Shown here piece by piece: positions 1-16,593 of a DNA stretch of 64,000 nt. The translations under genes and the position numbers were made by a program. Numbering within the stretch: the stretch's first letter is position 1; each line of letters starts with the position of its first letter. This DNA comes from Flaccisagitta enflata (lineage: Eukaryota). The stretch spans positions 15,252,001 to 15,316,000 of the forward strand of contig OZ231126.1 of the NCBI GenBank assembly GCA_965153355.1, read 5' to 3'. Under the pieces are notes generated by a model. The model ran no database searches. It was given only the letters and a program-made list of their open reading frames with translations, and had not been told where the DNA came from.

Positions 1-476
1 AAAGAAGAAGAAGGAAAAAATTCTGCATATGTGAAAGCATAGGTCATCGGCCCCTTTGGAGCCGCTGCCCAAAAGGAGAGAAACGTCTGGAAAGCTCAGA
101 AAAACTGTGTACCAGTAATGGCGGCTGTTGCCGTGTGGAAAAAAGTCAAATGTTGCCCGCTCTTTATAAAGTCTTTCATCAATCACAGAAATACTTTCTG
201 TTTTTATATATATGTTTCTGTGTTTGTATCACGATTCAAAGAAATGGACTGAGCCAGAAAATTCATAAGCACCCTTACACCCTCAAAAATGCATCAATAT
301 ATTCTTTCTCATTGCCTTCAAAACAGAAAAAATACAGATTAAACTAAATAAGCTAAATGAGGTAAAATACTGGAAAGCATCCCCATAATGAGCAGTTATG
401 CTCGTATACATGTTTTTACACAGTAGCATTCAAACATGCATCAGTAGGTATTTTTATCTATTGCATCTAAATAAGA

Positions 477-1073
477 AACAGGTCGCCCAAGGGCAATATG
501 TGGTCAGCGATACCTATTGCCCTGCTTTGCTTGATTGTGAATTGGAGTGAGAGGAAGCAGGGCAGCGGCCCCAAAGGGGACGAAGTCCTGTAGAACACAG
601 GGGGACTTTCATTCCTCCATCCATCCATCTGTCCATCTGTCCATCCATCTGTCCGTCCATCTCCCCCAGGCCCTCCCAGGCCTGAAATCTGCCCTCTCAG
701 GCCTGAAATCTACCCTATCAGGCCTGATATCTACCCTATCAGGCCTGAAATCTGCCCTCTCAAGCCTTGAATCTGCATGAGAGGGCAGATTTAAGACCTG
801 TGAGAAAGATTGCAGGCCTGAGAGCAGATTAAAAGCTTGAGAGGGCAGATTCAAGGCTAGAGAGGGCAGATTTTCCATCCTTAGAGGTTAGATTTCAGGC
901 CTGGTAGGGCAGATTTCAGGCCTGATAGGGCAGATTTCAGGCCTGATAGGGCAGATTTCAAGCCTGAGAGGGCCTGAGGGGGATGGACAGACAAACGGAT
1001 GGATGGACGAACGGACAAAAAAAAGTCCCCCTATTCTACAGGACTTCGTCCTCTTTGGGGCCGCTGCCCAAAA
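477..1073. mobile_element. Family A non-autonomous element (Helentron/HINE-like) with 21-bp internal tandem repeats
   Basis: ~50-bp inverted repeats gggcagcggccccaaaggggacgaagtcctgtagaac / gttctacaggacttcgtc..ggggccgctgccc, an ~80-bp tail on one side, (TCCA/TCCG)n microsatellite, and aggcctgaaatctgccctctc repeats. Many copies in the window. Confidence 0.7.
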
Positions 1074-1585
1074 GGGATTGAGCTTAATGAGCTAAATTAG
1101 CTGAAATACTGTAAAACATCATCTCAGATGAGTGGCTATGCTTATATATATGTTTTATTGTATTTGCATGCTTAGCTGGCTATTTACTCCTATATTGATC
1201 TTATTTAAAATATAAAAAAATAAAAAAAAATCAATCTGAATTTATAGTAAAAAGAATTTTTGAAGATCATAACTTGAAAAATAATTGTTGCAGATTATTC
1301 TGCATGGCGCCAATTAAAAAAAAATTGTCAATTTTATCTACCTTATCAGTTTTATTTGAAAGCTAAGTCATCCAAATAAGATCCTCAACTTTCAAATAAA
1401 AAATGAAAACCTTGTTTCTCTGGAATATGTCAAAAAGTCGAAGACTGACTTTGACTTTTTTTCCCGATTTCTGACTGACCGACAACAGAGAAAACAAAGC
1501 CGGACAGATTGACACAGTCAGTTATGGACTCTTATGTGCTTATGTGCTCTTGATTAAACAAAGATTTCCATTGTACGTGTATCAG

Positions 1586-3407
<1,822 letters not shown>

Positions 3408-3887
3408 GCCGGGGAGAGAATGAAACACTTTCTACTGCAGGATATCGACCCTATTGTTCTTTTTATGTGTTTTTCCTAATTTGAAACAACGTCACAACCG
3501 TTCCTGTGACGTAAATTGTGTACATCACTCGTACTTTCCGAATTTGAACTCATTTGGCTCTCAAAGTCTAGATATTTGCATTCCTGATCATTGGATTTTC
3601 ATCATTCATAAATGAAATTATTGTATTCAAAGAAATTGAACATGCAAGTTTACCTTCGCTACTGTTACTGAGGAAAACAGACAATAACGACAGGAATTTT
3701 CTTTGTATTGAACTTTTTCAGTCAGAACACGGTACGCGCAAAAACGCGCTAAGCTAGTTTTTCGTTTGTTTACACTCAGCCCAGAAAAAAGCTAGGCGGT
3801 CGTTTGAGATGCATTTTCTCTCCCTCTCCTTCTTGGATACTAAAGCCAGGCCTCCCACCGGATTGACTCGACGCGGTCATCAGTGAG

Positions 3888-4684
3888 CGGTCAGGGATCC
3901 CGGTTGCAAAAAGCTTAAAAAAAAAAAAAAAAATGGACACCTCACAGATTTTTGCACAGGGGACCCAAAAAGGCTGTAGAACATGATTCTGATATTCATT
4001 TTGACCTAACTTGAGCCAAAAAAATTAGAAACGGTTTTTTGTGCAAAAAACTGCTATTTTTCATAAAAAAATAGTATAAAATGAAACATTTTGGACTTTT
4101 TTTCTACAGAAACATAAAGTTCAAATAGCAATTGATACTTGAGTGAACATAGAATGATTTTGAATAGGTCTAAGAGGTTCAAAAATAGCGTTAAAATCCC
4201 AAAAAATGAAGAAATGACCCAAAAATAAAAAAATTCAAAAACTGATATTTTGGAACAGTTTCTTAGGATAAGATATAGTGTCAGTATGAATTACATTGAT
4301 GTACTTAAAAAAACATGCATGTTATAGGCGAAAAATGTGAAACCGCAATATGCAAATGAGATAAAAGTGCAAATTTTCAAAATTAGCAAAAATCGTGTAA
4401 ACACACCAAAATTTGAATCAGCACAGTACAAATGATCAATATACATTAATTTCAGTCCAAATTAACCAAAAAATATTGAAAAATTAGTGTTTTTATAGCA
4501 AAAAACACAATTTTTTACACAAAAAACCGTTTCTAATTTTTTTGGCTCAAGTTAGGTCAAAATGAATATCAGAATCGTGTTCTACAGCCTTTTTAAGTCC
4601 CCTGTGAAAAAATCTGGGAGGTGTCCATGTTTTTTTTTTCAAAACCCTTAAAATTGAGATTTTCTCTAACCAGATCCCTGACCG
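3888..4684. mobile_element. MITE with ~170-bp TIRs and 4-bp TSD TGAG
   Basis: cggtcagggatc...gatccctgaccg termini; TGAG at 3884-3887 and 4685-4688; the homologous empty site is visible (inverted) near 19285-19310. Confidence 0.85.
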
Positions 4685-4704
4685 TGAGCTGGATTAAGGA
4701 AGCC

Positions 4705-5202
<498 letters not shown>

Positions 5203-5862
5203 TATCACTTACTAGTTAAGTCTGACCTTACTTGTTCACTGTCTAGTCTTCTGACAAAAACCAACTCTTCCTTACCTTTCTTTCTCTTCCCTATTTCTAA
5301 ATACATCCCTACCCCATTAACTCACCCTTCCCCTGGAACTTAACCTTACCCCTGAAATCAACCCTCAAACACTCAAAACCTAAGCTTGATTACTTCTTTT
5401 ATGCCTTATCAATTCCTGAACTGAACCTAAGAATTTATTTTCATTGTTATTCCTTTGACATTTAAAAAGAAATAAGCCCCTTTTTTCTATCCCCAAAGAA
5501 ACCCATCTTTTGAAACAGATTGTTGAAGAGGAAGGTCAGAAACAATCCTTTTGAATGAGTGAGATTTTTGACAGACAGTGTCGTACTACCAGAACAAGAA
5601 ATGAAACAGAAAGATACTGGAGAACAGGACATCATCAAGAGTCAAGATTGATTAAAGAATATAAAATAATGGTATATGAAACATCGCATTTCTTGGGTTT
5701 CTAAAGGTGTAGCCAATCTCCCTCGTACCCTGTAGTTTTACAATAACTTGCATTCCAAAACCAAAAATGTTTGATTGTTTGATACACTTCATCAAAAAGA
5801 TGCTGCCTACCAAGTTCTGCATCGATTGACTGAAATTTTTGTAAAATCCAAATCAAGGCCAT

Positions 5863-6025
5863 TTTTAGTTGCGGACACGCAACTCTATAAGAGGCTTTGT
5901 CCATCCGTCGGTTGGTTGGTTGGTCGTTCGGTTGGTCCGTGGTGATCGAGTTGAAAAGTGGGAAAACGCGCATTTCTGCCCCTGCCCACCCGTCCGCAAC
6001 TGATGGCTGTATATCCGGCCTTGTT
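5863..6025. mobile_element. Family B short element (HINE-like), inserted in a T-run
   Basis: ttttagttgcggacacgcaactctataagaggc..(GGTT/GGTC)n..cccctgcccacc..ccggccttgtt. Absent at the paralogous site 22596 (ggccatttttgtaag). Further copies ~15238-15375, 24352-24484, 54087-54228. Confidence 0.75.
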
Positions 6026-8509
6026 GTATAAGGAGAACAAGATTTTTCCACTAGTTAACACTTTAACTTTCAAAGGGTCAGGTTCAATCTCATCTGCATA
6101 TTGTAGAGTGCAATTAAACATCACGGTCTGTATGTTTTAATCAAATAACCCTCTCTTATTACTTCAAAAATGATGTTTATTGATATACATGAACTATTGA
6201 TTTGATGTATGCTTTGTTCATGTCAGATGATATCTTTTATAATGTAGGTTTGATAGTTTCATTCACTGTGATGTCAAAAGTATTATTAGAATGAAATGAG
6301 CCAAAGCATGGTCACCTTTTGAACCCATCCATCATACTTGATCCTAATTACTGTGGTTCACTAATTGAATTGACATCCTCAGTAATATCTTCGCCCTTCC
6401 TTTTAGACATCTTTACTAACCTGTCGATGCACTTTCCACCTGTTAATTCATGAGCAATCTTGCCTGTTTCAAATGAGAACTAACAGATAGAGAACCATTG
6501 ATTTGTCTTCCACCCATTTTACCGACCTTTGATGCAGCAAAAATAGTAAACAAGGCCAAGTAGGGCAATAAGGTGCGCCATGTGGATCCTCTAGCAAATG
6601 CATTACCAACCAGCAGACAGACCAACTGACCAACCAACTGACACAGCCAGTTATAGAGGTGCTTTGTCACACCTAAAAAGACTTAGAAGAGACATTGTCA
6701 ATCTCATTTGCATATTGCAGCTCTATACCGACCTAGAAAAAAACTTCCTGAATGTTCTGTTTTTAAGGCATGGATGTGTTTCCTGTAGATCATTGGTCCA
6801 TTAGTCTTACAATCAAGTCCATCTCTTGATATCTGCAACGAATAAGAGTCATTCCATAATTGGACCACTATCTCATTGGAATCTATTTTGCTCCTCAGAG
6901 TCTAACAAAGACCAAAAAGAATGTAAACATGAGGCCACATGCCGGTGGGCAGGGGTCATATTTGAGGTCACCAGACCATTTGGGCAGGAGCAGGGAGGTT
7001 AAAGTAATAAAATCATAATAAAAAGTTAAGTGCCATTGTGTCAGTTCTTCCCTTTAGACAACCAAAAAAAACAGTCTACGCCCTTTACACCTAATGACTC
7101 ACAAGCAAACTGGTTACAAGAATAAAAGGGATAGAATAAGGACATAGAGCACCGTTTATTTGCCTTCCACCCCTTTACTAAACATATTATGCAGCTAAAA
7201 CAGTGCAAAAGACTGAGACGGGTCACTTAATCTCATTTGCATATTGCAGCTCTACAGTGACCTCATAAAAATATACTGAATGTCATTTTTTTCAGGGGCC
7301 TGATTGGTCTCTAGTATTCCTATAAGTCCAACAATCAAGTCCATCTCTTGATATCTGCAAGTGAATGCATAATTGGACCACTATCATATTGAAATTCATT
7401 CTGCTCCTCATAGTCTAACAGAGACCAACAAAAACATTAAACATTGCAAACCGTGCAAATTTGCGATGCTTATAAAAAGGCGTTAGTTAAACTTAGTTCT
7501 TCACTTCAAAGTACAGATTATTTAACAAACCAGTCTATGCCCTTTACAGTCATTGACGCAGGAGCATTTTTGCCACTTATAATTGAGAATTAGGATATAG
7601 AGGACCGTCAATTTGTCTTCCACCCCCAAGTCAGCCCTCTGGTCCTCAAATTCTCCTTATTCTGTGACCTAAACCAGCCATCTGAGTCCTCATAAGGATG
7701 TCTGGAAATTCCCCTCTGTGTTCTATAGGACATCGGCCCTTTGGGGCTGTTGCCCTGCTTTCAATCTTCCTTTTCACTTGATCACTCCAAGCAAGGCATC
7801 AGGTACCGCTGACCATGTGCAATTCAATGACTTGTTTCAACCTATTGTGCAGCCAAAATAGAATGAAAGACGGAGAAGGGACTTTGTCATTTGGATTTGC
7901 ATATTGCAGCTCTATAGTGACCTGTAACAAACTTCCTGAAATTCCTTTTTTTCTCAGATGCATAGGTCTAACAGTCAAGTCTATTTCTTGATATCTGCAA
8001 AGCCTTAAAGTCTTGACCACTACCATATTGGAATTCATTTTGCTCCTTACAATCTAACAAACACCTAAAAAACTTATTCACCTTTGTAAAACATAAAAAG
8101 TTTGGCATTCTTGAAAGTGTTAGTTTAGCTTAGTTCTTCTCTCCAGATACCCTATGCACTTCACATTCGTTGAGTCACAAGCCATTGGGCCAGTTGTTAG
8201 TGAGAATCAAGGGGTAGAGAATCATCTGCTTGTTTTCCACCCTTTTTTTTCTACTTGTTTAGCGGCTTAAATAGTATGAAACACTAAGGAGGGGCACTGT
8301 CAATCTTGTATGCATATTGCAGCTTTTTTGAAACTTAGAAAAAACCTCCTGAATTTCATTTTTTTTCCAGGTGCATGAATTGGTATTTTGTAGATCATTA
8401 GTCCATCAGTCTAACAGTCAAGTCTGTTTTACGGTTTCTGCAATTCCTCAGAGCAATTCCATATAATTTGATGACTATTGTTTTTGAATTCATTTTGCTC
8501 CTTACAGTA

Positions 8510-9066
8510 CAATAGTCGCAAAAGCATTAGATGGTCAGCGGTACCCGTTGCCCCTATGTGAGTGTATGAGGGTGTGAGGTGGTGAGAGGGGCAGCGGCCC
8601 CAAAGGAGCCGATGACCTATGCTGTTTTTATTTTAGCCTGGAGGCTGGAGTTGGGGCCTTGAAGCTGGGATTTGAGCTTAGAGGCGGGGATTTGAGCCTC
8701 GTGGCTGAGATTTAAGCCTCAAGACTGGGATTTGAGCATTACGGTTGGGATTTGAGCCTCAAGGCTGAGATTTGGGCCTTGAGGCTGGGATTGGGGCCTT
8801 GAGGCTGGGATTTGGGCCTTGAGGCTTGGATTTGGGCCTTGAGGCTGGGATTTGGGCAACGAGGCTGAGATTTGGGCCTCGAGGCTAAGATTTGGGCCTC
8901 AAGGCTAGGATTTAGGCCTCAAGGCTGGGATTTGGGTCTCGAGGCTGAAAGCGGGGGGGGGGGGGATGGAGAAGAAGGAGAAGAAGGAGGAGAAGAAGGA
9001 GGAGGAGAAAATTTCTCCCTGTGTGAAAGCATAGGTCATTGGCCCCTTCGGGGCCGCTGCCCAAAA
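8510..9066. mobile_element. Family A-related element with 20-21-bp tandem repeats (gaggctgggatttgggcctt)
   Basis: gggcagcggccccaaagg...ggggccgctgcccaaaa inverted ends with internal tandem array. Confidence 0.65.
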
Positions 9067-10705
9067 AGCTGAGAAGGGACAGTCAATCTTTTTTGCATAT
9101 TGCAGCTCTTTAGTGACTGGTTTGCCATGTTTCAAGCCTTGTATAATTCACATCCTGGACCTATGAGGTGTAATTCTTTTAGTTGTGTTCCTATTCCACT
9201 TCCCCATTTGATTTGCATATTGTTGTCAGTTTGTTAGCTCGCAGTAAATGAAACCGTAAAATTGTACTTCTTATTTTTTAAAGGAAAAATTGAAAAAAAG
9301 ATATCATTTATATATTAATGGCAAGATCAAACAACATTATAGGATTGTCTTTAAGCTGGTCAATTTTCAGGGAATGATAAATTTTATGTTGCTTGCTCAT
9401 TGCGTTACATTCAAATGATTTGATTTTTCTGTTGAGCCCCTTGTCAATGGTCGGTTCACAACTCCCTATGCCTTTCCACAGAAACAGGATTTTTTAACTC
9501 CTCTTTCTCTGTCTCTCCCCCCCCCCCCTGCTTCGATTCTAGTCTCAAGACCAGAATCCCAATCTCGAGGCCCAGATCTCAGCCACAAGACCCAAATCCC
9601 AGCCTTGAGGACCAAATTCCAGCCTTAAAGGCCCACATTCAGCCTTGAAGGCCTAAATCGAGCCTTGCCGCCCAAATTTCAGCCTAAAGGCCTAACTCCC
9701 TAAGGGAAAAGGAGAAAATTCCCCACATGAGAGAAACCACAGGTCATCAAGCCCTTTGGGGCCGCTGCCCTGCTCCCACCCTCAACTTCAATCACAACCT
9801 ACTTGGGCAGGGCACGAGTACCGCTGACCATCAAACACTTATGCAACTATTCAAACCTATAATGCAGCTAAAAACTGACACTCAATCTAATTTGCATATT
9901 GCAGCTCAATTGTGACCTTAGAAGACTCCCTGAATGAGATTTTTTTTCAGATGCATTGATTGGTCTTTTTGTAGATCATTGTCCTTGAGTCTAACAGTCA
10001 TGTCCATATGTTTATATCTGCAATGCCTCAGAGCCTTAGAGCCATACCATAATTTGACCACTATCAAATTGGAATTCATTTTGCTCCTTACCATCTAACA
10101 AAATCCTTTCATTGCTCTCCTCTACAAATTTTGACATCATATTCAGATGTTCTGTTTTTAATAAATTGCCGTTCTGACACCCTTACAAACTAGTAAATGC
10201 CCTTTAGACCCTTTGACTTTTGATCAACTTGGCTGGTTTCAAAGGAGTATCAATGGACATAAAACCATGCACATGTCTTCTACCCTTTTTTCTACCTCAT
10301 AACCAGCTAAAACAGTACAAGTGACTTAGAAGGGACACTGTCAATCTCATTTGCATATTGCAGCTTTACAGTGACCTTTGAAAAACTTCCCGAATGTCTT
10401 TTTTTCAGGTTAAGGTTTTCAGGTCTCTAGTAGATCATTGGTCAGTTGGTCTAACAGTCAAGTCCATGTTAAGTTATCTGCAATGACCTTAGAGTCATTT
10501 CATGATTGGACCACTGTCATATTGGAATTCATTTGGCTCCTAATAGTCTTATACAGACCAAAAAAACAACTTTCACCTTTGCAAAAGTTGGAAACTTTTA
10601 GCACTCGTGAGCTGTTTGGTAAACTTAGTTCCTTGGCTCACTAGCAATCCTGCCAGTTATTAATGCGCAATAAGAGATAGAGGAACATGCTTTTGTTTTC
10701 CACCC

Positions 10706-11255
10706 TTTTTGGGCAGCGGCCCCAAAGGGCTGATGTCCTGTAGGACACAGGGGCTAAAAATTACGTACGTCCTTCCGTCCGTACGTACCCCCCCCCTCCG
10801 AAGCTTCTCAAGCCTCCCCGGACTCAAATCCAGCCTCTCAGGCCTCAAATCTGGCCTCTCGGGCCTCAAATCTGGCCTCTCAGGCCTCAAATCCAGCCTC
10901 TCAGGCCCTAAATCCAGCCTCTCAGGCCTCAAATCCAGCCTCTCAGGCCTCAAATCCAGCCTCATGGGCCTCAAATTCAGCCTCTTGGGCTTTTAATCCA
11001 GCCTCTCAGGCCTCAAATTCCCATTGAATAACATGGCAAATTGACAAAAAATTGAGAAAAATTCCAAATTCCCAATGAATATTATGGAAAATTACCCCAA
11101 ATATGCTCTCTCAGGACGTATGGAAATTCACCCGTGTCCTACAGGACATCGGCCCTTTGGGGCCGCTGCCCTGCTCCCACTCCACCTCTTTAGCTGATTA
11201 CTCCAAGCAGGGCATCGGGTACCGCTGACCATGTGCGATCCTTGGATGACTAGTT
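10706..11255. mobile_element. Family A element inserted into a T-run without TSD
   Basis: caccc-ttttt[gggcagcggcccc...gatgactagtt]tcaacctatc; the paralogous empty site ccaccctttttttcaacctatc is at 27661-27682. Confidence 0.8.
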
Positions 11256-12336
11256 TCAACCTATCTTGCAGCTTAAACAGTATGAAAGACTGAGAAGGAC
11301 ACTGTCAATCTCATTTGCATATTGCCGCTCTATAGTGACCAAAAGAAACTTCCTGAATGTCTTTTTTTTCAGGTGCAGTGAATTGGTCTTTTGTAGATCA
11401 TTAGTCCATGAGTCTAACAGTCAAGTTCATTTACTGTTATCTCATGATTCTGCTAGCCTTCAATAATCATGGTTTTTAGAATGTTATGTTATGTTATGTC
11501 ATGTTAATGATGTTCTTCCAATCAGAAACTCCTATTGATTCACCGAAAATTTGACTGGCTTTGAATAAAACATGAGAGAAAACCTTCCATTAGGCTTCCA
11601 CTCCATTTTTCAACGTTTTACGCAGCTTAAACAGTATCAAAGACTAAGAACAGTCACTGTCAATCTCATTTGCATATTGCAGCTTTACAGTGACCTAAGA
11701 AAATATCTTAAATTTTTTTTTTGGTTGCATGGGTCTCTAGCATATCTTTGGTCCATAAGTCTAACAGTGAAGTCCATCTTTTGATAACAGCGCTGCCTTA
11801 GAACCATTCTATATTTTGACCACTATTTTGTGGGAATTGATTTGGCTTCCTTATGTATAAAAATGATTATTGGTTTCAAATATCAACAAAGTAAGTTTAC
11901 CTTTACAAAATGACTTAGTCGCATGATTAAAAGGCAGCAATACTCAGAGCAATCATTCCATATATTCTCCTTCAGTCAATGATAGACAGGAAGGCAGAAA
12001 AAAAGTTTTGTCTGTGTGTTGGTCTGTTAGTCTGACCTTTAGTTGTTTGGCCTATAACACTTGAGTCAAAAATTTTACAAAGCGCATTATGATGTATTTG
12101 TGGAATGGTTGAGAAGGGAGATTTGGGGTGGGATGGGGGATGTGCGCCCCTGGCCACCAACCCAGAACAATACTGTGACCCTGCGTCACTTGTTATCAAA
12201 GCACAGCATCAAGAACATCAATACATTGAAACTTTTTATCCATCTCTTGTAAGAAGCCAAACAGTGGCCTTCAAAATTGTGGTCAAATAATAGATTGAAG
12301 ATATCAAGAGACTGATTTGCCCATAGGATCAACATA

Positions 12337-12624
12337 CACCGTCTTCGGATCGGACTGTGAAATGCAAAACCTTTATAGCTCCTAAACCACTAAGAAAAAA
12401 GTTATGAAATTTTCAGTGAATATTGGTAACATGTGACGGTTTTTGCATGTCAAAGCTCTGATCATAATATAAAAAAGGTGAGGGGAAAACAAAATATTGA
12501 ATGAACATCCATTTTTTAAACAAAATGGCTTTTTTTACCTGTTTTTTTTTCAGAAGGTGCTGTTTTTCTCTAAGAATATACGGGAAATAGATAATACATG
12601 AGTTAACGGGTCCCTATGAAAAAC
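12337..12624 (+). mobile_element. Left TIR of a TA-flanked DNA element; partner at 29559-29869
   Basis: TA|caccgtcttcggatcggactgtgaaatgcaaaacc... is the reverse complement of ...cagtccgatccaaagacggtg|TA over ~160 bp, plus a second block gttaacgggtccctatgaaaaac. Confidence 0.8.
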
Positions 12625-13459
12625 ATAGCTCAGCAACTAGAGCAGCTAGAAACGCGCGGTTTGTTTCTATGTGAAGATCATGGTTTATAGAGTCTAAATT
12701 AAAGAGATCATATTCTTGGGTGTTTGTTTACATAGGGAAACAAACAAACAAAGACGAGAACAGATCATCTGTAAAAATTGTCTTATAAACAGCTGGAATC
12801 AATCTTAATACACATGTTTTATAGTTTAGAGGAAAGCTCTGACTCCACTCTTTAATCTGCAATGAAGAACGTGTTTTATTTTTGCTGTTTTAACCCCAAA
12901 AACAACCAAAATAAACATTGGGATGACTGTTCTTTTGCCCGTGTTTTTGTCCCACTAGTTGGCCATTACTTGTACTTTCTCTCTGTCTCTTTTTGCATTT
13001 GAGGAAAAACAAAAGGCATTTGAAACCTTGAGCTCCACAGCAAAAGAATGTCCTTATTTGGGCAAAGGATGCAGAAGCAGCAGCAGTACAACTGTAGAAA
13101 AAATTCCTCTGTTGGTGATCGCCATCTCATGTTTGCAGTCTGAACCACGACTCAAAAACAAAAGAACAGAATAAAAAAATCATGAAAGATTTATCATAAT
13201 GCTTGGTAGGTGACTATGGACTCAGTTTTGATGAGCAAATCTCATAAGAGAGGGATTGCTCCTGAGATTCAAACAAGGCTGGATACAATATCAATATATA
13301 ATCATTTAGGGTGGACTAGCAGTAATGGGGCTGGGCAGGAGCAGTGATACAGATAGCAGTGTGTTTTTATTGGGATTAATCTCATGCATGGAGTTACTCG
13401 ATTACAGAATGCTTAAAAAGTTTTTTCCATCAACCAAATCTTAAGTTTTTTGACTCTTA

Positions 13460-15120
13460 TTTTTTCTTTTAAATCTGAAAAAAACATATTCATTAAAACA
13501 TTCATCATGAATCGTTAAGGCAAAGAATTTTGTGAGTTTTTTTCTGAATTTATCTGCAATTGTTCATAGTGAGCATCAAAAAAATAACTTAAGTGGAGGC
13601 TAGTCATTTTTGTCATGCAACAACTAGGATCTGTAAAAATTGTTATGTCTACAATATGTAAATGAGTTTTCCCTCTGTTTTAAGAGACCTTGATATTATT
13701 AAGCAAAAAATCATTTTGGATCTCATTAGCATATTGTAGTATTTCTTTCTGCTGTCACAAGCTCTTAGGCTGTTGTAATGAGATGGATCAAATCGGCCAC
13801 AGAAGAAAATTTCATGATTTAAGGAAACTGTGCTATTGGCGGTCTCAATTAGATGGAAAAATCTTGGTAGCCATCATAAACTATGATGAGCCATATCAGC
13901 TCATTCCAAGATGCCTTGAGTTCCAAAAAAGTCAAAATTAATGTTATAAGTCCCAAGAAACTTTTGGAATTAAAAGGATCTCGCTTAATCAATTACTTCC
14001 ATACCTTTTTTACTTGTGCTGTGCTAACCATTCAGATCTTTTACATCTACTTGATAAAAATTTGACTGCAAATGAGCGGATGGTTCTACAACCAGACAAT
14101 TAAGACTTAAAAAAAAACGCATCTGCAATTAGGATTGTGACCTTTTTAAAGACAAGGGCTAAAATTGTCTGAAAAAAAATAAATATAATTGAAAAATCTA
14201 AAGGATGAAAATTGAACAAACAGATTTCCTTGCATTCAAAGCCATCAATTTTTGAATCCAGGATATCTACTTTTCAAACCAGATCTTACTCATAGCCTTA
14301 TATTCTTTAAAATTCTTCTTCTTGGTATTATATTTCATGTATTGTTATCTCATGTTATTTTGTCTGACAAAATGAAAAGGATTCAAATTCAGTTACATTA
14401 GTTAAAAAATGGGCCAACAGCAATATGCAAATCAGGAGGTGAGAGGTGATCTTTAACTGAAATGTAATGCAATGTAATGTAATTGAAATGAGATGTAATG
14501 TTGTCCAACTCACATACATTTTTACCTTTAACTTAGAGAAACACTATATAAATCAACTTCATATGGCTGATAAAATCTATGCGACATATGTCACTGAATA
14601 CTTAAAAAAATATTGTCCATCTATTATCAATTTTTTTCTGACTTTCTTTTGTATTTTAAATCTGAAGAAACATATTCAGCAAAATATTCATCATGAGTTG
14701 TTTAAGGAAAGAATTAAGTTAATTTTTCTCTGAATTTATTTCCAATTATTCATATTGAGCATCAAATAAATGACTTTAGTCAAGGCTAGTCATTTTTGTC
14801 ATGCAACAACCAGGATCAGTAAAAACTGTTACATCTACAATATGTAAATGAGTTTGCCTTCTGTTTTAGCAGACCTTGATATCATTAAGCAAAGAATCTT
14901 TTTGGATCTAGTTAGCATTTTGTAGCATTTCTTTCTCCATAACAAGCTCTTATGCAGTTGTAATGCAATGAAAGAAATTTGCCACAGAAGAAAATTTCAT
15001 GATTTTAGGGAACTATTCTGTTGGCGGTCTCAATCATTTGGAATAAACTTGGTAGCCAGCATGAACTATATGATGAGCTTATCAGCCCATTTCAAGGTGC
15101 CTTGAGAGTTCCAAAAAGAA
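13460..15120. repeat. Direct duplication of ~500 bp (13460-13935 and 14650-15120)
   Basis: Shared ttttaaatctgaa..catattca..ggctagtcatttttgtcatgcaacaa..ccacagaagaaaatttcatgattt. Confidence 0.85.
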
Positions 15121-16180
15121 AAAAAAAATTGATATTACTTGCTTTATACAACTTTGGCCTTTAATTTAAAACAGTCTCGCAACTTTACACCCTGCTATGA
15201 GGGTTGGTTGGTCGGTTCGTTCCTCTCCATTTACCCTTTTTAGTTGCGAACATGCAATTCTATAAGAGGCTTGGTCCGTCTGTTGGTCCGTAATGATCAA
15301 ATCAAAAAGTGGGAAACGCGCATTTTCGCCCCTGCCCACCCTTCAGCGACTGGTGGCCGTGTATCCAGCCTTGTTGATTAGGGCCTTTAAGCTGAGAATT
15401 GAGAATTTTAGCTGCTTAATAGGTTGAAAAACAAGTAGACGGTTCTGTATCCCATAATTCCAACTAACAATGGCTCATGAGTCAACGGATGTTAAGTGCA
15501 TAGATTGGCCAATTAGGGTATCTGGATAGAAGAACTAAGTGACAGTTACACTTCTTCAAAAATGCCAAAGTTTTATGATTCATTGAGTTTTTTGGGTCTT
15601 TGTTAGACTGTAAGGAGCAAACTGAATTCCAGTAGGATAATAGTCAAATTATGGAATGGCTCTTAGGCGTTGCAGATTTCAAGAAATGGACTTGACTGTT
15701 AGACCAATGGACTAATGATTTACTTAAGATCAACCCATGCACCTGAGAAAAAATGGACATTCAGGAAGTTTATCTAAGGTCACTAAAGAGCTGCAATATG
15801 CAAATCAGAATGACACAGTCCCTTCTCAGTCTTTCATACTATTTTGGCTACATAATAGGTTGAAACTAGTCATCCAAGGATCACACATGGTCAGCGGTAC
15901 CCGCTGCCCTGCTTGGAGTGATCAGGTGAAGAAGTGGATCGAGAGCAGGGCAGGGGCCCCAAAGGGCCGATGTCCTGTAGGACACAGGGGTGAATTTTCA
16001 GACATCCTTAAGGGGCCTCAGATGACTGGTTTAGGTCACCGAAGGCGGATTTGAGGACTAGAGTGCTGATTTGGGGGTGGAAGACAGTTAGATGGTTCTC
16101 TATCTTTTAATTCTCAATTAAAAGCGGCCAGATTGCTTGAGTGCCAATATGTGTAAAGGCCATAGAGTAGTTTGTGAGAG

Positions 16181-16593
16181 TACCACTTGGAAAAAAAAAA
16201 GACGCACCTATCTATTAATTAATAAAGCAGATATAAAAAACAATTTTAGCTATTTTCAAGAGAGACTTTTTGAAAGATTTTCAAAAAATCTTTCATTCTA
16301 GACCAATCCCAGGTCTGTATCTCAAACGGTTTAGGAGCTAGAGCTCTGCAAAGAGAAGCACTATTTTGCTAAAATGCATTTTTTTCATAGGGATTGCGAA
16401 ACTGAAATAGGCAACATTTTTACTCAAACTGATGCCATTTCTAAACGAATAAAGATAGCACTACCAGATTAACGCCAAATGAAAGAACTTTCACAGAGCT
16501 TCAAAATGACCTAAAATTTTCTATAGTTTTTTGAAGATTTAATGGCTAAATTAACCATTTAAAAGTGCGTCTTTTCTTTTGATCCGCGTGGTA
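16181..16593. mobile_element. TA-targeting (Tc1/mariner-type) MITE
   Basis: TA|ccac..aaaaaagacgcac ... gtgcgtcttttcttttgatccgcgtgg|TA; second copy at 18579-18978. Confidence 0.75.

Noticed and set aside
12959-13260. Cys-containing ORF fragment (ECPYLGKGCRSS)
   Set aside because: Short, frameshifted and no recognisable domain; at most a decayed TE or gene remnant.
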